DNA from: Podarcis vaucheri
Lineage: Eukaryota
Assembly (NCBI GenBank): GCA_965113315.1
Contig: OZ220367.1
DNA length: 64,000 bases
Reading direction: 5' to 3' (one strand)
How positions within the stretch are numbered: the stretch's first letter is position 1; every line of letters starts with the position of its first letter. Below the pieces are notes generated by a model that had not been told where the DNA came from, did no database searches, and was given only the letters and a program-made list of their open reading frames with translations. The position numbers and the translations under genes were made by a program. This document shows, piece by piece, positions 36,401-46,035 of this stretch.

Positions 36401-39400
36401 CTCTCCAGTTTGACATCAATCGGGATGTGACTCAGGTAGGCCTTGTTGTCTTTGGGAAAAGGCCTCACACCACATTTGGGCTGGACACACACGTGACCAG
36501 CTCAGATCTCCATGAAGCCATCAGTCAAGCTCCCTTTGTAGGTGGCTCTGCCTCGGTTGGCAGCTCCTTGCTCCATATTTATGACGATCTCATGACTGTC
36601 CAAAAAGGAGCAAGGCCTGGTGTGAAGAAGATTGTGGTGGTGGTCACAAGTGGAGCTGGAGTGGAGGATGCCGTTGTCCCAGCTCAACAGCTACGTAATA
36701 ATGACGTATCGCTACTGGTTATTGGGATGGAACAAGTTCAAGTGAGCTCATTGCTGAGGATTGCAGGTTCTCACAATAATCTCTTAAGGATTCCTTCCTA
36801 TGAAGAACTAAAAAATAATGAAGAACTTATCCTTGAAAGAATATGTGATGGTAAGATGATTATTTTGACTTTATGGTTGTATCTGTATACAATGAATAGA
36901 ATAAAACCACATTTCTTTATTAATACCTTCATTTTATTATTATTTCGGATAACCCTTTGCCCAGCGTAACCTGGAGCCAGCCCTTCTTTCCCTGCATCTG
37001 CCCATAAACCAGGGGTTACTAAACTGCAACCTTCCAGATGTTATTGGACTACAGCTCCCCGTATTCAATTTGTGATGGTTCAGGGTGATGGGAGTTGGAG
37101 TCTTAACATCTAGAAGGACTACAGGCTTGTCACTTCTATCATAATGAATCATATATTATTATTTTTTAGAATTCACATTTGTTTCTTGGCTTATCACCAA
37201 TATCAAGTGTCCGAAGGGGCTGGCTAAATATCAATTTACAGTGAATTAGAAGTGCATTGTACATATCAAGTACCAGTAAAGTACATTACTTCAGTGCAAT
37301 AAAATTGCAGCGCTAGTTTGGATATTTCCAAACTTGAGCCATATTTAGTTCTTGAATTTGAAATGCCAATTGATTTCAGCGCTACCTTTTCTGATGTAAA
37401 CATACTTCTGAGAAAAAGAAGAAGAAAAGTAAGATCTATGCTTCAGCACTACCTATCAACCACATATGCCTAACCCCCTCTTTCTTTGAAGTTGAAAAGA
37501 AGCCACATTAAACACTTCTTCCCCTTCGTGTTTAGTTTAAACCATCTTCAAATCAGTATTTGCCATGTGTCTGATTATCTGTTTCACCTTTTAAGCCATT
37601 GTTCATCCAAGATTAGTGTGTATTCTTAACACATCAAACAGGGATTGCTTGTGGTAAATGGCAAAAGGACTAGCTGGTCTTTCACGGGCTAGTGTGCCTT
37701 GTTTACAAAACAACTCAAGATGAAACTGAACTTGTAGTCTTTGAACAGCTGCAGCTTAGCCATTTATTTAATGATTGGTAAGGTGATGTACTGTCAGATC
37801 CTGTGTGTGAAGGAAGGGCATGTGATGGCACAAATGGGGACTAGGAACAGTAATTGTGAGTTGAGGAGGGTCTATAGAAAGTTCTGGAGCAGGATGCTGG
37901 CATCCCGGATTCCGACAAAAAAGTTTCAGCTGTGATTTTGGCTGTGTAAAATTTAAGTAATGCACTCAATGTATAGCTTTGTCCTAGGTGTGAGACTTTC
38001 CCTCTTCTAAGGCTGTAAGGCGTTTCTGCAATACAGTGGTGCCTCGCAAGACAAAATTAATTCGTTCTGCAAGTTTTTTCTTCTTGCGAGTTTTTCGTCT
38101 TGCGAAGCACGGTTTCCCATAGGAATGCATTGAAAATCAATCAATGCGTTCCTATGGAGACCGTCCGGGGACAGAGGGGAAGCGCCGCTGGCCTTCCCCT
38201 CTGTCCCTGGACCTGTTTTAAAGCAAGGGAAGGGACAGCGGGGAGAAGATCGCTTCTCCCCGTTGCCGCCCCTTGGTTCAAAAGGGGTCCGGGGACAGAG
38301 GGGAAGGCACGTGCGGGGCTGGCAATGGTGAGAAGTGATCTTCTCCCCACCGCCCCTTGCTTCAAAAGAGGTCCGGGGTGCGGGGGCAAGCTTCGTTTTG
38401 CGAAGCAAGCCTATAGGGAAATTCGTCTTGCGAAGCAACTCGAAAACGAAAAAACCTTTCGTCTTGCGAGTACCACTGTACCAGGAGATGTGTTCACTGA
38501 TTTCCATCTTCACAAAACAACTGGGATGTTGCGGCATTAAGAAAGCTTTGATTTCTTTCTTTCTTCTTGTGCCTGCCAGTCAACATGATCTGTTGCTTTC
38601 TTTTGTCTTTTGCAGAGGCCAAGAAGCCAGCAAACCTCTGCAAACCCAACCCCTGCATGAATGATGGAGTTTGTGTTTCTGGAAATGGCAGCTACTGGTG
38701 TCGGTGCCAAGGTTGGGTAGGACCTCACTGTGAAAACAGTAAGCATCAAAGTACAGTAGCCAAAAGGCATTTAGGCCTCCTCCCTCATTTACATTTATTG
38801 CCCCCATCTGAAACAAATGATCCCTGAAGAATCTACTTGCTCCGTACCTTTGCCCCAGATAAAGTCAATTCATTTCCATTTAGATCACATTCCTAAAAGT
38901 ATGCTGAAAAACGGAGGGTGGGGAAATTAAATAAGCTTCGTAGTATAAAATTTTACGGTTGACTGGTAAATGTACTTTTGGCTTGTTCTCTTCACAAATA
39001 CTAATCTTAAATGACTCACTGCAATCTTCTTAAACCCATATATTTCTTAGGTTTAATTGGCACACTCTTTCACTAAGATCTTGTTGGATCTTATTCCAAA
39101 AGAGTCAGCTTGTTACAGCAAAAGCAGAACAACCTAGCATGTAGTGCGCACTGTATTTATTTTGCTGAACAAGAGGCGCTCTGCATGTGCAATGCCTCTT
39201 TTCTGCGTTGACCTATTTGGAAGGATCAGGAAGCATAGGTGGAGGCCTACAATTGTCTTCCTATGAGGTTGGCGCTTTGAGCATGTGCTTGTTGCTGCAC
39301 AGATGACACCAGCCTCACAAAGCAGATCACATCCACCAGACAAGGTGCTCCTGGCATCCTCTAGAAGAAGAAGAAGAAGAAGAAGAAGAAGGAGAGTTTG

Positions 39401-40291
39401 GATTTGATATCCCGCCTTTCACTCCCCTTCAGGAGTCTCAAAGCGGCTAACATTCTCCTTTCCCTTCCTCCCCCACAACAAACACTCTGTGAGGTGAGTG
39501 GGGCTGAGAGACTTCAGAGAAGTGTGACTGGCCCAAGGTCACCCAGCAGCTGCAGGTGGAGGAGCGGAGACACGAACCCAGTTCCCCAGATTACGTGACT
39601 ACCGCTCTTAACCACTACACCACACTGGCTCTAGGATGCTCGAGACCACATACCAAAAGAGAAGAGTGCTCACATATTTGCTTGCACCCCCACATATCTT
39701 CATCTGTAAAACACCATCGTTTTCTAGGATTCATTTTTGATCTCATAACTTACCCCTTGCAGTATTCCCTGCATTGTATTACTAAATTGCCAGAAGCATG
39801 ACAAATGGAACTCGATTGCTGAAGAAACCTTAATAATCAGTAGTGCAAACAAGACCTATCCTCAATGGAAAATATACTTGTGAAGGCTTTGGGTGTTGGG
39901 AGGACCCATAATATGGATAGTCTTAATGATGAAAGAGTTAACTGATATATAGCTGAAGTTGACCTTTTCAGTCCCTGCTAGGCTGTCAATGGACTAAATG
40001 AAGCAACTTCACTACACAACTACAGACACATTTGTAGGCCTCATTTCAACATGTTGGAAAAATGAAAAGGCTTCATTTAAAATTCATGTTTCATTTTTGT
40101 ATGTAGGAAAACCATATTTGACTGTTTGCTTTGGGAAACAATCATTCTTTATTTTTAATATAGGAATTCAGAGGGGTGACACTTCACAGATGCATCCAGC
40201 AATGGTCCGTGCTCCTCAAAACCGACGCGGCTGGCGACAGCTGTATCGATCTCGCAAGCATTCCAAAAGGCAAATTCCAGAGACTCACTGA
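17401..40291 (+). CDS. VWA2: von Willebrand factor A domain-containing protein 2 (AMACO), complete CDS, 792 aa: signal peptide, VWA1, Cys-rich region, EGF1, VWA2, VWA3, EGF2, RGD-containing tail
   Basis: 13 GT-AG coding exons (17401-17452, 19077-19151, 22637-22770, 23034-23143, 27531-27725, 28531-28664, 30080-30212, 31798-31853, 32556-32663, 34393-34971, 36299-36850, 38616-38738, 40164-40291) sum to 2379 nt in one frame; DxSxS motifs DGSYS, DSSSS, DSSAS; strong similarity to mammalian VWA2. Confidence 0.96.
18402..18502. mobile_element. Short palindromic (fold-back) MITE; relatives near 41915-41990 and 49190-49275
   Basis: Arms gagtagacccattgaaa / tttcagtgggtctactc with outer ggtggtattta / tgaataccgcc. 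Confidence 0.6.
18636..18962. mobile_element. GC-rich hAT-type MITE
   Basis: cag...ctg termini; 8-bp TSD cctgtcct/cctgtccc. Confidence 0.78.
19077..19151 (+). CDS. VWA2: VWA2 exon (ALVSWSIQELHVSQETIEKISAAGQ)
   Basis: ttacag| and T|gtgagt; resembles human LQEVHVSKETIGKISAAS. Confidence 0.92.
20214..20355. mobile_element. hAT-type MITE
   Basis: TIR cagtgtgttttt / aaaaaacactg; perfect 8-bp TSD cctctatg (20206-20213, 20356-20363). Confidence 0.85.
22637..22770 (+). CDS. VWA2: VWA2 exon, VWA1 start (MNCSAPVDVLFLIDGSYSIGKGSFERSK...)
   Basis: tgccag| and AAG|gtgagc. Confidence 0.95.
23034..23143 (+). CDS. VWA2: VWA2 exon (VRVGAIQFSNTPHLEFPLD...KIVFK)
   Basis: tttcag| and AA|gtaaga. Confidence 0.95.
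23650..23830 (-). mobile_element. CR1-type LINE 3' UTR fragment; similar short + strand ends near 53105-53168 and 61530-61592
   Basis: Motif ...ctgtgagaa...gctgga...ttggcctgttccagcag typical of squamate CR1 3' ends. Confidence 0.5.
26856..27079. mobile_element. Tc1/mariner (Tigger/pogo-like) MITE
   Basis: TA TSD on both sides; TIR cagtggaaccccggtttgcaa / ttgcaacccgaggtatgactg; internal palindrome ccgaaacccggaagta...tacttccgggttcgg. Confidence 0.82.
27531..27725 (+). CDS. VWA2: VWA2 exon (GGRTETGLALKYIL...LTDGRSQG...AVGVSFPR)
   Basis: actcag| and AG|gtaagt. Confidence 0.95.
28531..28664 (+). CDS. VWA2: VWA2 exon (WEELQALASEP...SAICSAAFP)
   Basis: gtgcag| and G|gtaaaa. Confidence 0.95.
29800..30005 (-). 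mobile_element. Degenerate tRNA-derived SINE (Squam2-like); head fragment also at about 48405-48445
   Basis: Reverse complement shows tRNA-like head ...agaaggcttcagatttcatccctggcatctcc and CR1-like tail ...ctgggctagatgga. Confidence 0.5.
30080..30212 (+). CDS. VWA2: VWA2 exon, Cys-rich region (CGAESHSCERKTLE...CWKGS...CPFY)
   Basis: ccccag| and AA|gtgagt. Confidence 0.93.
31798..31853 (+). CDS. VWA2: VWA2 exon (WRNTFIKYPSRCYRTTCP)
   Basis: AAG-type acceptor attaag|, G|gtaaga donor; resembles human CYRTTCPG. Confidence 0.9.
31900..32206 (+). mobile_element. L1-like LINE 3' end remnant
   Basis: A-rich body, T/G-rich 3'UTR, AATAAA twice (32173-32178, 32181-32186), degenerate A tail. Confidence 0.45.
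32556..32663 (+). CDS. VWA2: VWA2 exon, EGF1 (PCGSHPCQNGGTC...CVCPVGFGGDANC)
   Basis: ttttag| and G|gtatgc; six-Cys EGF pattern. Confidence 0.95.
32893..33199. mobile_element. Long-TIR fold-back MITE (PIF/Harbinger-like termini)
   Basis: About 70-bp imperfect inverted arms gggctcat...tttctaggcacaggtctg.gctttaaagct / agctttaaag.ccagacctgtgcctagaaa...atgagccc. Confidence 0.75.
33367..33448. repeat. Compound microsatellite (TC)n(AC)n(AG)n
   Basis: Direct reading. Confidence 0.95.
33450..33660 (-). mobile_element. L2-like LINE 3' fragment
   Basis: Reverse complement ...gtttaggcaagcc...ttttaatctgttttt...aaaccactttgagg resembles an L2 ORF end and 3' UTR. Confidence 0.5.
34393..34971 (+). CDS. 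VWA2: VWA2 exon, second VWA domain
   Basis: ttccag| and G|gtaagg; KLSLECSVDLLFLVDSSSS...IPELQRKICS. Confidence 0.96.
35689..35824. mobile_element. Short hAT MITE, intact; degenerate relatives near 21925-22055, 31455-31567, 37010-37130, 56413-56517
   Basis: TIR caggcatccc / gggatgcctg; perfect 8-bp TSD atttagaa (35681-35688, 35825-35832); whole element is a fold-back. Confidence 0.9.
35880..36075 (-). mobile_element. Old MIR/Squam3-like SINE
   Basis: acaactgccctgtgaggtaggtt...ctgagag...ggcccaag.tcacc core similar to the SINE at 39365-39632. Confidence 0.55.
36299..36850 (+). CDS. VWA2: VWA2 exon, third VWA domain
   Basis: ccttag| and G|gtaaga; DLVFALDSSASVG...LILERICD. Confidence 0.96.
38034..38478. 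mobile_element. Tc1/mariner (Tigger-like) MITE with internal repeats
   Basis: TA TSD; TIR cagtggtgcctcgcaagac / gtcttgcgagtaccactg; internal gtccggggacagaggggaag units in direct and inverted orientation. Confidence 0.88.
38616..38738 (+). CDS. VWA2: VWA2 exon, EGF2 (AKKPANLCKPNPCMNDGVC...GPHCEN)
   Basis: ttgcag| and A|gtaagc. Confidence 0.95.
39365..39632 (-). mobile_element. tRNA-derived SINE (Squam3 type) with (CTT)n tail
   Basis: Reverse complement starts agagccagtgtggtgtagtggttaagagc (A box), has B box ggttcgtgtc and an L2-like 3' end; TSD ctctag. Confidence 0.88.
40164..40291 (+). CDS. VWA2: VWA2 last coding exon (RIQRGDTSQ...KRQIPETH*)
   Basis: atatag| acceptor in the correct phase; RGD at 40172-40180; TGA at 40289-40291. 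Confidence 0.82.
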
Positions 40292-41035
40292 CTATCTTCA
40301 GCTACTGAAAACATTGTATGAAAGAACTGAAACACAGTCAACGTTTGCAAGCAATAATGCTGTTCCCCAAAGCACAGGAGTTCTGCACAGAATCACTTCC
40401 TGGTACGCCAAATGAGGTGACCAATATCTAGTTTGTGTTTATATTAGATATTTATTGTTGCTGTACTGACACTTTCACCATTTAAGGTCAGCATCTCTTC
40501 TGTATGGTGAGTTCCATAGCTCTGAAGATTTCGGTTTCTGTACTGGATTGGACATTCTTGGGAAAGTTGGTACCATTTTAAAGTTCAGATCAAACCGGCA
40601 AAATGACTAAGGTTTGATTTATATTGTTTACACACGCCTGAATTTCCCTGACCACCGAGAAGTTCCAGGCATGCAGTGCTTACTTGGGTTTGGTTTCCTT
40701 GGGAAGGAGGTCACTAGAGGCTTATGCCTTCTTTTAATTATTTGAATTTATTTACAAATATGCAGGTTATAAAAATATGATAGTTTAAGTTTAAGCCTTA
40801 AACTCTAATATATAGCCACCACTGCTCCCCCATTGGATCTCCACAGCAAAGCCCCCTCCAAAGGCACTTCCCTTCTGTGTCTGACATCCCAACTCAGAAT
40901 GAAGTCCACTCACAGCTAAATTGCCATCTGCCCCTGGATTGAGGTGGAGGAATTGAGGGTGGCTCATTTTCTCCAATTAATTTTTCTAATCAATTTTCCA
41001 GCTTCCCAATCCACTGGCTGCAAGAATCCTTTTGC

Positions 41036-41041
41036 AATAAA
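41036..41041 (+). terminator. VWA2: Candidate VWA2 polyadenylation signal (AATAAA); second candidate 42047-42052
   Basis: First AATAAA seen after the VWA2 stop. Confidence 0.45.
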
Positions 41042-42752
41042 TTCTGTCAGTTTGACTAAGCAGTGTGCAGCTATTTAGAAAAACAGGACCACCTCATCAC
41101 TTTATTAGGAATGGCTTCCTTTGCAGAATGCAACCTGTGCTTGCAAAAGCAATCTGTTGGCTAGCTCTGGTTACTGGTTGTACATCACTTGTGGTACAAC
41201 CAACACCCAGTACATGTGCCATGCTCGATTCTTTTCTGTGTTGTCCTCTGTATGTTGTTTGTTTTTCTCTCTGCATCTTCTGTCTGTGGGAAGAAAACTT
41301 GTTAAATTGGGCCTGACAAGCATTTTGCAGTTCTAAAGCACCACATCAGCAGCTCACCTGTTGCAATATTTAATAAGCATCTGACTTTCTGCACCAGCTT
41401 CATTTAGTTATGCCATTCCATCGTGCAGTAACATAATGTGAAAAATAACTTGGGAAAATGCTGATGAGTAATAACAGGAGTTGCGTATGAGGTTAAGATG
41501 GGTATAAAGCTGTTTCGAACTGTTGAATCTACTGGATTGAGGGGGTTTTGTTATAACACCAAATCCATATCAGTTTTCTATTTATCTTGCTGAAGCAGTG
41601 CTCTTAGTTTTGGCAGTTGCAGCCCTACCACATTGTATCTGTGTTAAGGATATAAACATGTAAGGTTTCTGAAGTAGGTTTCGTTCTCTAGTGCAGGGGT
41701 AGCTTTCAGTTCTTGGAATGTATTTTTGTTTATCTGCAGATATTGGGACAGCTGAGCAGAGGGAATATAGACACAGCTGAGCTATTCAAACAAGGTACGA
41801 AGACAAGTTTCACCACTCTGCTCTCAGTGCCCCTGTATACGCTATTCCAACCTTCCTGCACTGTAGTGTTGTTTTGTGTTTTTATTATACCTTTTAAAAA
41901 AAGTTTATGCAGTATGAGTAGACCCACTGAAATCAGCAGGCTAAAATCCATTTATTTCATTAGATCTACTCTAAGGTTGGGCATCCACCCATTTTGATTA
42001 TATTGGCTCTCCTATTGAGGCAGATAGGAAAGTCAAAATGGTTGAAAATAAAGAGTAAATTTCAGAGTGCCATCTAAAATGATGAAACAGTAGGCACCCA
42101 AAAATATTTAGAACAAGGTGAAAATCTGAGACAGCATCTGCACCCAGTTTTGCCCATCTTGGGAGTCATAAGACATTCCAGCGCTCAGCCTTCAGTGGCA
42201 ACAGTTCCTTTTTCCCAGCATGTACAGCATCCAACACTGATTGCAAGGAGGCTTGATGTTTCTTCATAGCCGCAAATGGACACTAAAGTTTGCTTCTCTG
42301 CTGGAGTTTTGTAATCAGAAGAGTTTGTGCAATTTTCTCTTAACCCGAGGTCTGCAGTAGACTGCTCCCTTCCTAGGCTGCTTAATCAAGCCGGATGAGA
42401 AGTGGTGTTTTTTTTTAATCAAGGGAGAATTTCTGTAAAAGATAAAGACTTGTGTAGAAAGGCCCAACAGCAGCAGCAGCAGCTTCTACTTACTTTCCAT
42501 TCTAAGAGGGCCCCCCGGTGGACAAAAGGGCGTTATTCCGATCTCCTTTTTGAACTCCTAGAGAATATTTATTTTCATCAAAGAGAGTTTTGGATTATGT
42601 TAATATACCCTCCTTGCCCACACAGCAGAAAGGTTTGGCTCTATCTGGGCCTGCAAAGTTTATAAATAGACACTGCTTGGTTTTCTCTCTCTTGTTTTTT
42701 CAACTATGTAATGATTTTTACACGCACGCTTAAATTATAGCCAACCTTTTTC

Positions 42753-42758
42753 TTTATT
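42753..42758 (-). terminator. AFAP1L2: Candidate distal AFAP1L2 polyadenylation signal; others at 43086-43091, 44111-44116, 44704-44709, 45031-45036
   Basis: tttatt on + is AATAAA on -, downstream of the AFAP1L2 stop. Confidence 0.4.
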
Positions 42759-44969
42759 AAAAAAACTTTTCTAAAATAGCAATGGATTGAAAAGACACAT
42801 GTACAACAAATAGAAAGTATTATTTTTAGCTAGGAATACAGTAACAACTTCATTCTATGGTGAGTTAAATGAACGCTTAATCTGAAACTGCCTGCTTTAC
42901 ATATTGACTTTTTGTGTCCCTGACCCCCCACCACTATCAGCTACAGTGTTGAGGTGGAGGAAACACAGCACTGTGTGTCAGGATGAGATCTGTGGCACAG
43001 ATGCTGGGGTGAAAGAGTCAATGGATACCTCTGGCACCTTCCCCTTTGATGCTTCCAGTTTGTCAGGGCACCTGAGGACCAAAACTTTATTGGCCCCTCT
43101 GCCTCTTCCCTGCCCTTATTCCCCCCATCTTAACACTTGCACCAGCAAAGAGAGACAAATGCAGTACAGACGCCACAAGACATTTAAAATGGCACAATTA
43201 ATTCCTAGGGTCAATGTAGACCCATTACTTCAAGAACTGTGGAAGCTACTTGTACGACAAATGGTAAAATACCTGTTGCTTTCAGAATGGTGGCACACAT
43301 GGTGTAGCTCTTTCAGATGGGCCTGTAACCTGTGGATAGTGGATATGCTTGTACTGTGGTTTTAAAAAGCCTGGTTTTTTAAAAAAAAAATACACGGCGA
43401 TTACATTACACAGGTGGCTTTTTAGCTTAAATGATATATTTGTCTGCAAACTTAAGAAACTGTTCTCCCTTGATATGAAGTAACCCCTGGAGATTGTTTC
43501 CCCCTCAAAAAATGTATATTCACATCTAGGGTTTGTGCCCACCTTGTGAGTTTCTGGCCTTTCCAACTGATGTCCCAATGATCCAGCCAGCATTAAGTAC
43601 TTCTAAGACTACAATCTTATGGATGCTGACCAGGTACAAGTCAATGGGGTATATATACTAAGAAAGCAAACGTGGTTAAACAGCAAATTCTTCTTGATTG
43701 TCAGGGCACCTGCTTAGGCACATGCTTGACTCAAGCCATTTTGGCTGTATCTTGGAGCTAAAGGGGGTGGGGTGGGGGGGAGAGAGATGGTTTACAAATT
43801 GCAGAAGACTGGTGTGTGATGAGAAATCCTGTGTGAATATTCCTTTCCACCCCACCACCTATTTCTGGAGCAAAAAGAGAACTCCCAGTGAAGTAGTAGA
43901 GCAGGAGTCACTCAATGCCTAGAAGTCTCAGCAGTTAATTAAATCAAAGTACACCAATTGCTATACACTGCCCGGATGTTATCAGTATTTCCCCAGGGGC
44001 AAATATCGCTTCTACTGCTGAGGGGGGAATGCTGTTTTGCCACAATAAACTTGGTAGTTTGGGGAAAGATGTTTGGAGATCCTGCAGCGACTGACCAGCA
44101 GGAGTGCACATTTATTGCACAAGAAAATGTTCACCTGAAAAGGCCCTTGCATGATGGCGAGACTACAGAGCTCAAGCACCTGTGGTCTTTACAGCATTTA
44201 GTACTGTGTTAGCACAAACAATTTAATAAAAATTTCTTTCCTTTGTATACAGCTAGCTTTGAAAAATTATTCATGTTCAAGGTTAAAATTAAGGAACCTG
44301 ACATTTTTGGCACAGAGTCCACACCTAACTCTGCCATATATACATAATTTAATCTCCTTGGGTTTGGGAAACACAGCTCAGTCAAGCTCTACCTTGGTCT
44401 AATTATACTTTTGTTTACAGAAAACAGAATGATAAGAATATGTTCAAGGGTAAAGGGGTGGAATTCCCCACTCTTCCAAATGTTTGGATGATTAAATTCA
44501 CCATACTTGGGTAAACAAATTCTCCTTTGCTTTTGTGCACTTAAACTATTGTGCAGAATATAATGATGTGGCATCTGTTCCTACACGCTACTATTACGTG
44601 TCTATTATTAACCTGAAGCATTCCAGAGTAACTAAAGTGCATTCAAATCACCCCACACCATGCTTAATCACATTTTGGAAGCTAGGACAGAAGATTCCAC
44701 CCCTTTATTCCTCAAATGACAGATGCAGTGGCTAAAGAATTACGTTAAATGACTTTCTGGCCCCAATCCACAAAGATTTAACTTCCCATCCACAGCCTCT
44801 AATCTATAGCATTTAGTGTAGATCCTTAGTCATAATGAGATATCTCTGCTACTTATGCCCACTGGAAAGCCCTTCTTAATCACAGGAGTTGTCTATGGGT
44901 ATTGGAATGTCTAGTCACCTGTGAACCCAGTGCATTGCGCTTGTGCCGACAACTGATAATAGCTCTTCT

Positions 44970-45093
44970 CAGTGCTATTTTTCTAGAAAAAGAGATGCTG
45001 GAACTCACCAAGAACGCCTCCCTTTGTTCTTTTATTGGCAATGGCACCCACCTGAGAGGTGCTGGAACTGAGTTCCGGCTGAAAAAAGCCCTG
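44970..45093. mobile_element. hAT-type MITE in the AFAP1L2 3' UTR region
   Basis: TIR cagtgctattttt / aaaaaagccctg; TSD gctcttct/gctctcct. Confidence 0.8.
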
Positions 45094-45139
45094 GCTCTCC
45101 TTGTACAAGCATTAAACATTGAAAATTAAGAAGCTGTAG

Positions 45140-45407
45140 CAGTGGTTGTCACCCACTGGGACTAGTTGGATGGGAGGCCAACAGTAGGTGGGCGCCAGAG
45201 CCAATGAAAGACATAGCCAACTAATTTTAAGTTTTGTCCCCATCCTCCTGAGTGCTACAAGGGCAGAACTGAGGCCAAGGAGGAGAATGTTCACAGCCAG
45301 TGCCAGTCCTGGACTGGTTGTGAGTAAGAAGGCAGGCAGGCGGGTGGGAACTGGCTAAGGGTTGGTGGGACACTGCCCCATTTGCCCTAACAAATGAGCC
45401 TCCACTG
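45140..45407. mobile_element. hAT-type MITE in the AFAP1L2 3' UTR region
   Basis: cagtgg.../...ccactg termini; TSD agctgtag/agctgtac. Confidence 0.75.
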
Positions 45408-46008
45408 AGCTGTACTCGTTTTTTTGGTCAGGAATTCTTTGTGGAAAGTCAGGCTGCATTGTGTACAACAATAATAATACCTTTTAGCTGTGTCTCTTGG
45501 TCTCCCTGGCCAAAATTGTCTCCGTTGGTTGGAGCAGCTCTTCTCCAACAGAAAAGTCTGACACAGAGACTTGTATTTACTTAACCAGCTTTCAGGATTT
45601 TAGCTCAGGAAACTGAATTTACCTCTGTGATCCCCAGGCCCTGGTGTATCAGAAGAACATTAAACAAATCTGGCAAGAATTCAGTCCTTCCTGTTCTATT
45701 GCTAACAACAAATCCTGGATTGGACAACAGTAAAACACCAAAGTAGAAATACACAAAGGCATCATTATGTACATTGGCCAGGTTAGAAGCAAGGTTTCCA
45801 CTTGGGTTAACTCTCTCAGCTGCACAGCACTCCTCTGCTAAAAAAGGAGCAAATTCCTTAGTCTGATGAAGCCTGGTCCACCCATTATTTCTTGGTGTAC
45901 AGCTGGCCATGCTTTACCTCATCTAGACCATTCTGTACTTGCAAGAGAATCCTGTAGTCCACGAATGGCCACTTCTAATATTGAGTCCAATATTGGTGCT
46001 AGGATTTC

Positions 46009-46035
46009 CTAACTAGCACCTTTCTTCTCCCATTC
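46009..46035 (-). CDS. AFAP1L2: AFAP1L2 last coding exon (EWEKKGAS*)
   Basis: ttgcag| acceptor; TAG at 46011-46009. Confidence 0.93.
   Translation of the reverse strand, partial: EWEKKGAS

Noticed and set aside
38007-38540. 176-aa and 146-aa ORFs (likewise 26529-27150 and 18520-19027)
   Set aside because: Confined to GC-rich MITEs; no transposase motifs.
42904-43365. 153-aa + strand ORF between VWA2 and AFAP1L2
   Set aside because: Non-ATG start, no domain similarity; likely antisense to the AFAP1L2 3' UTR.
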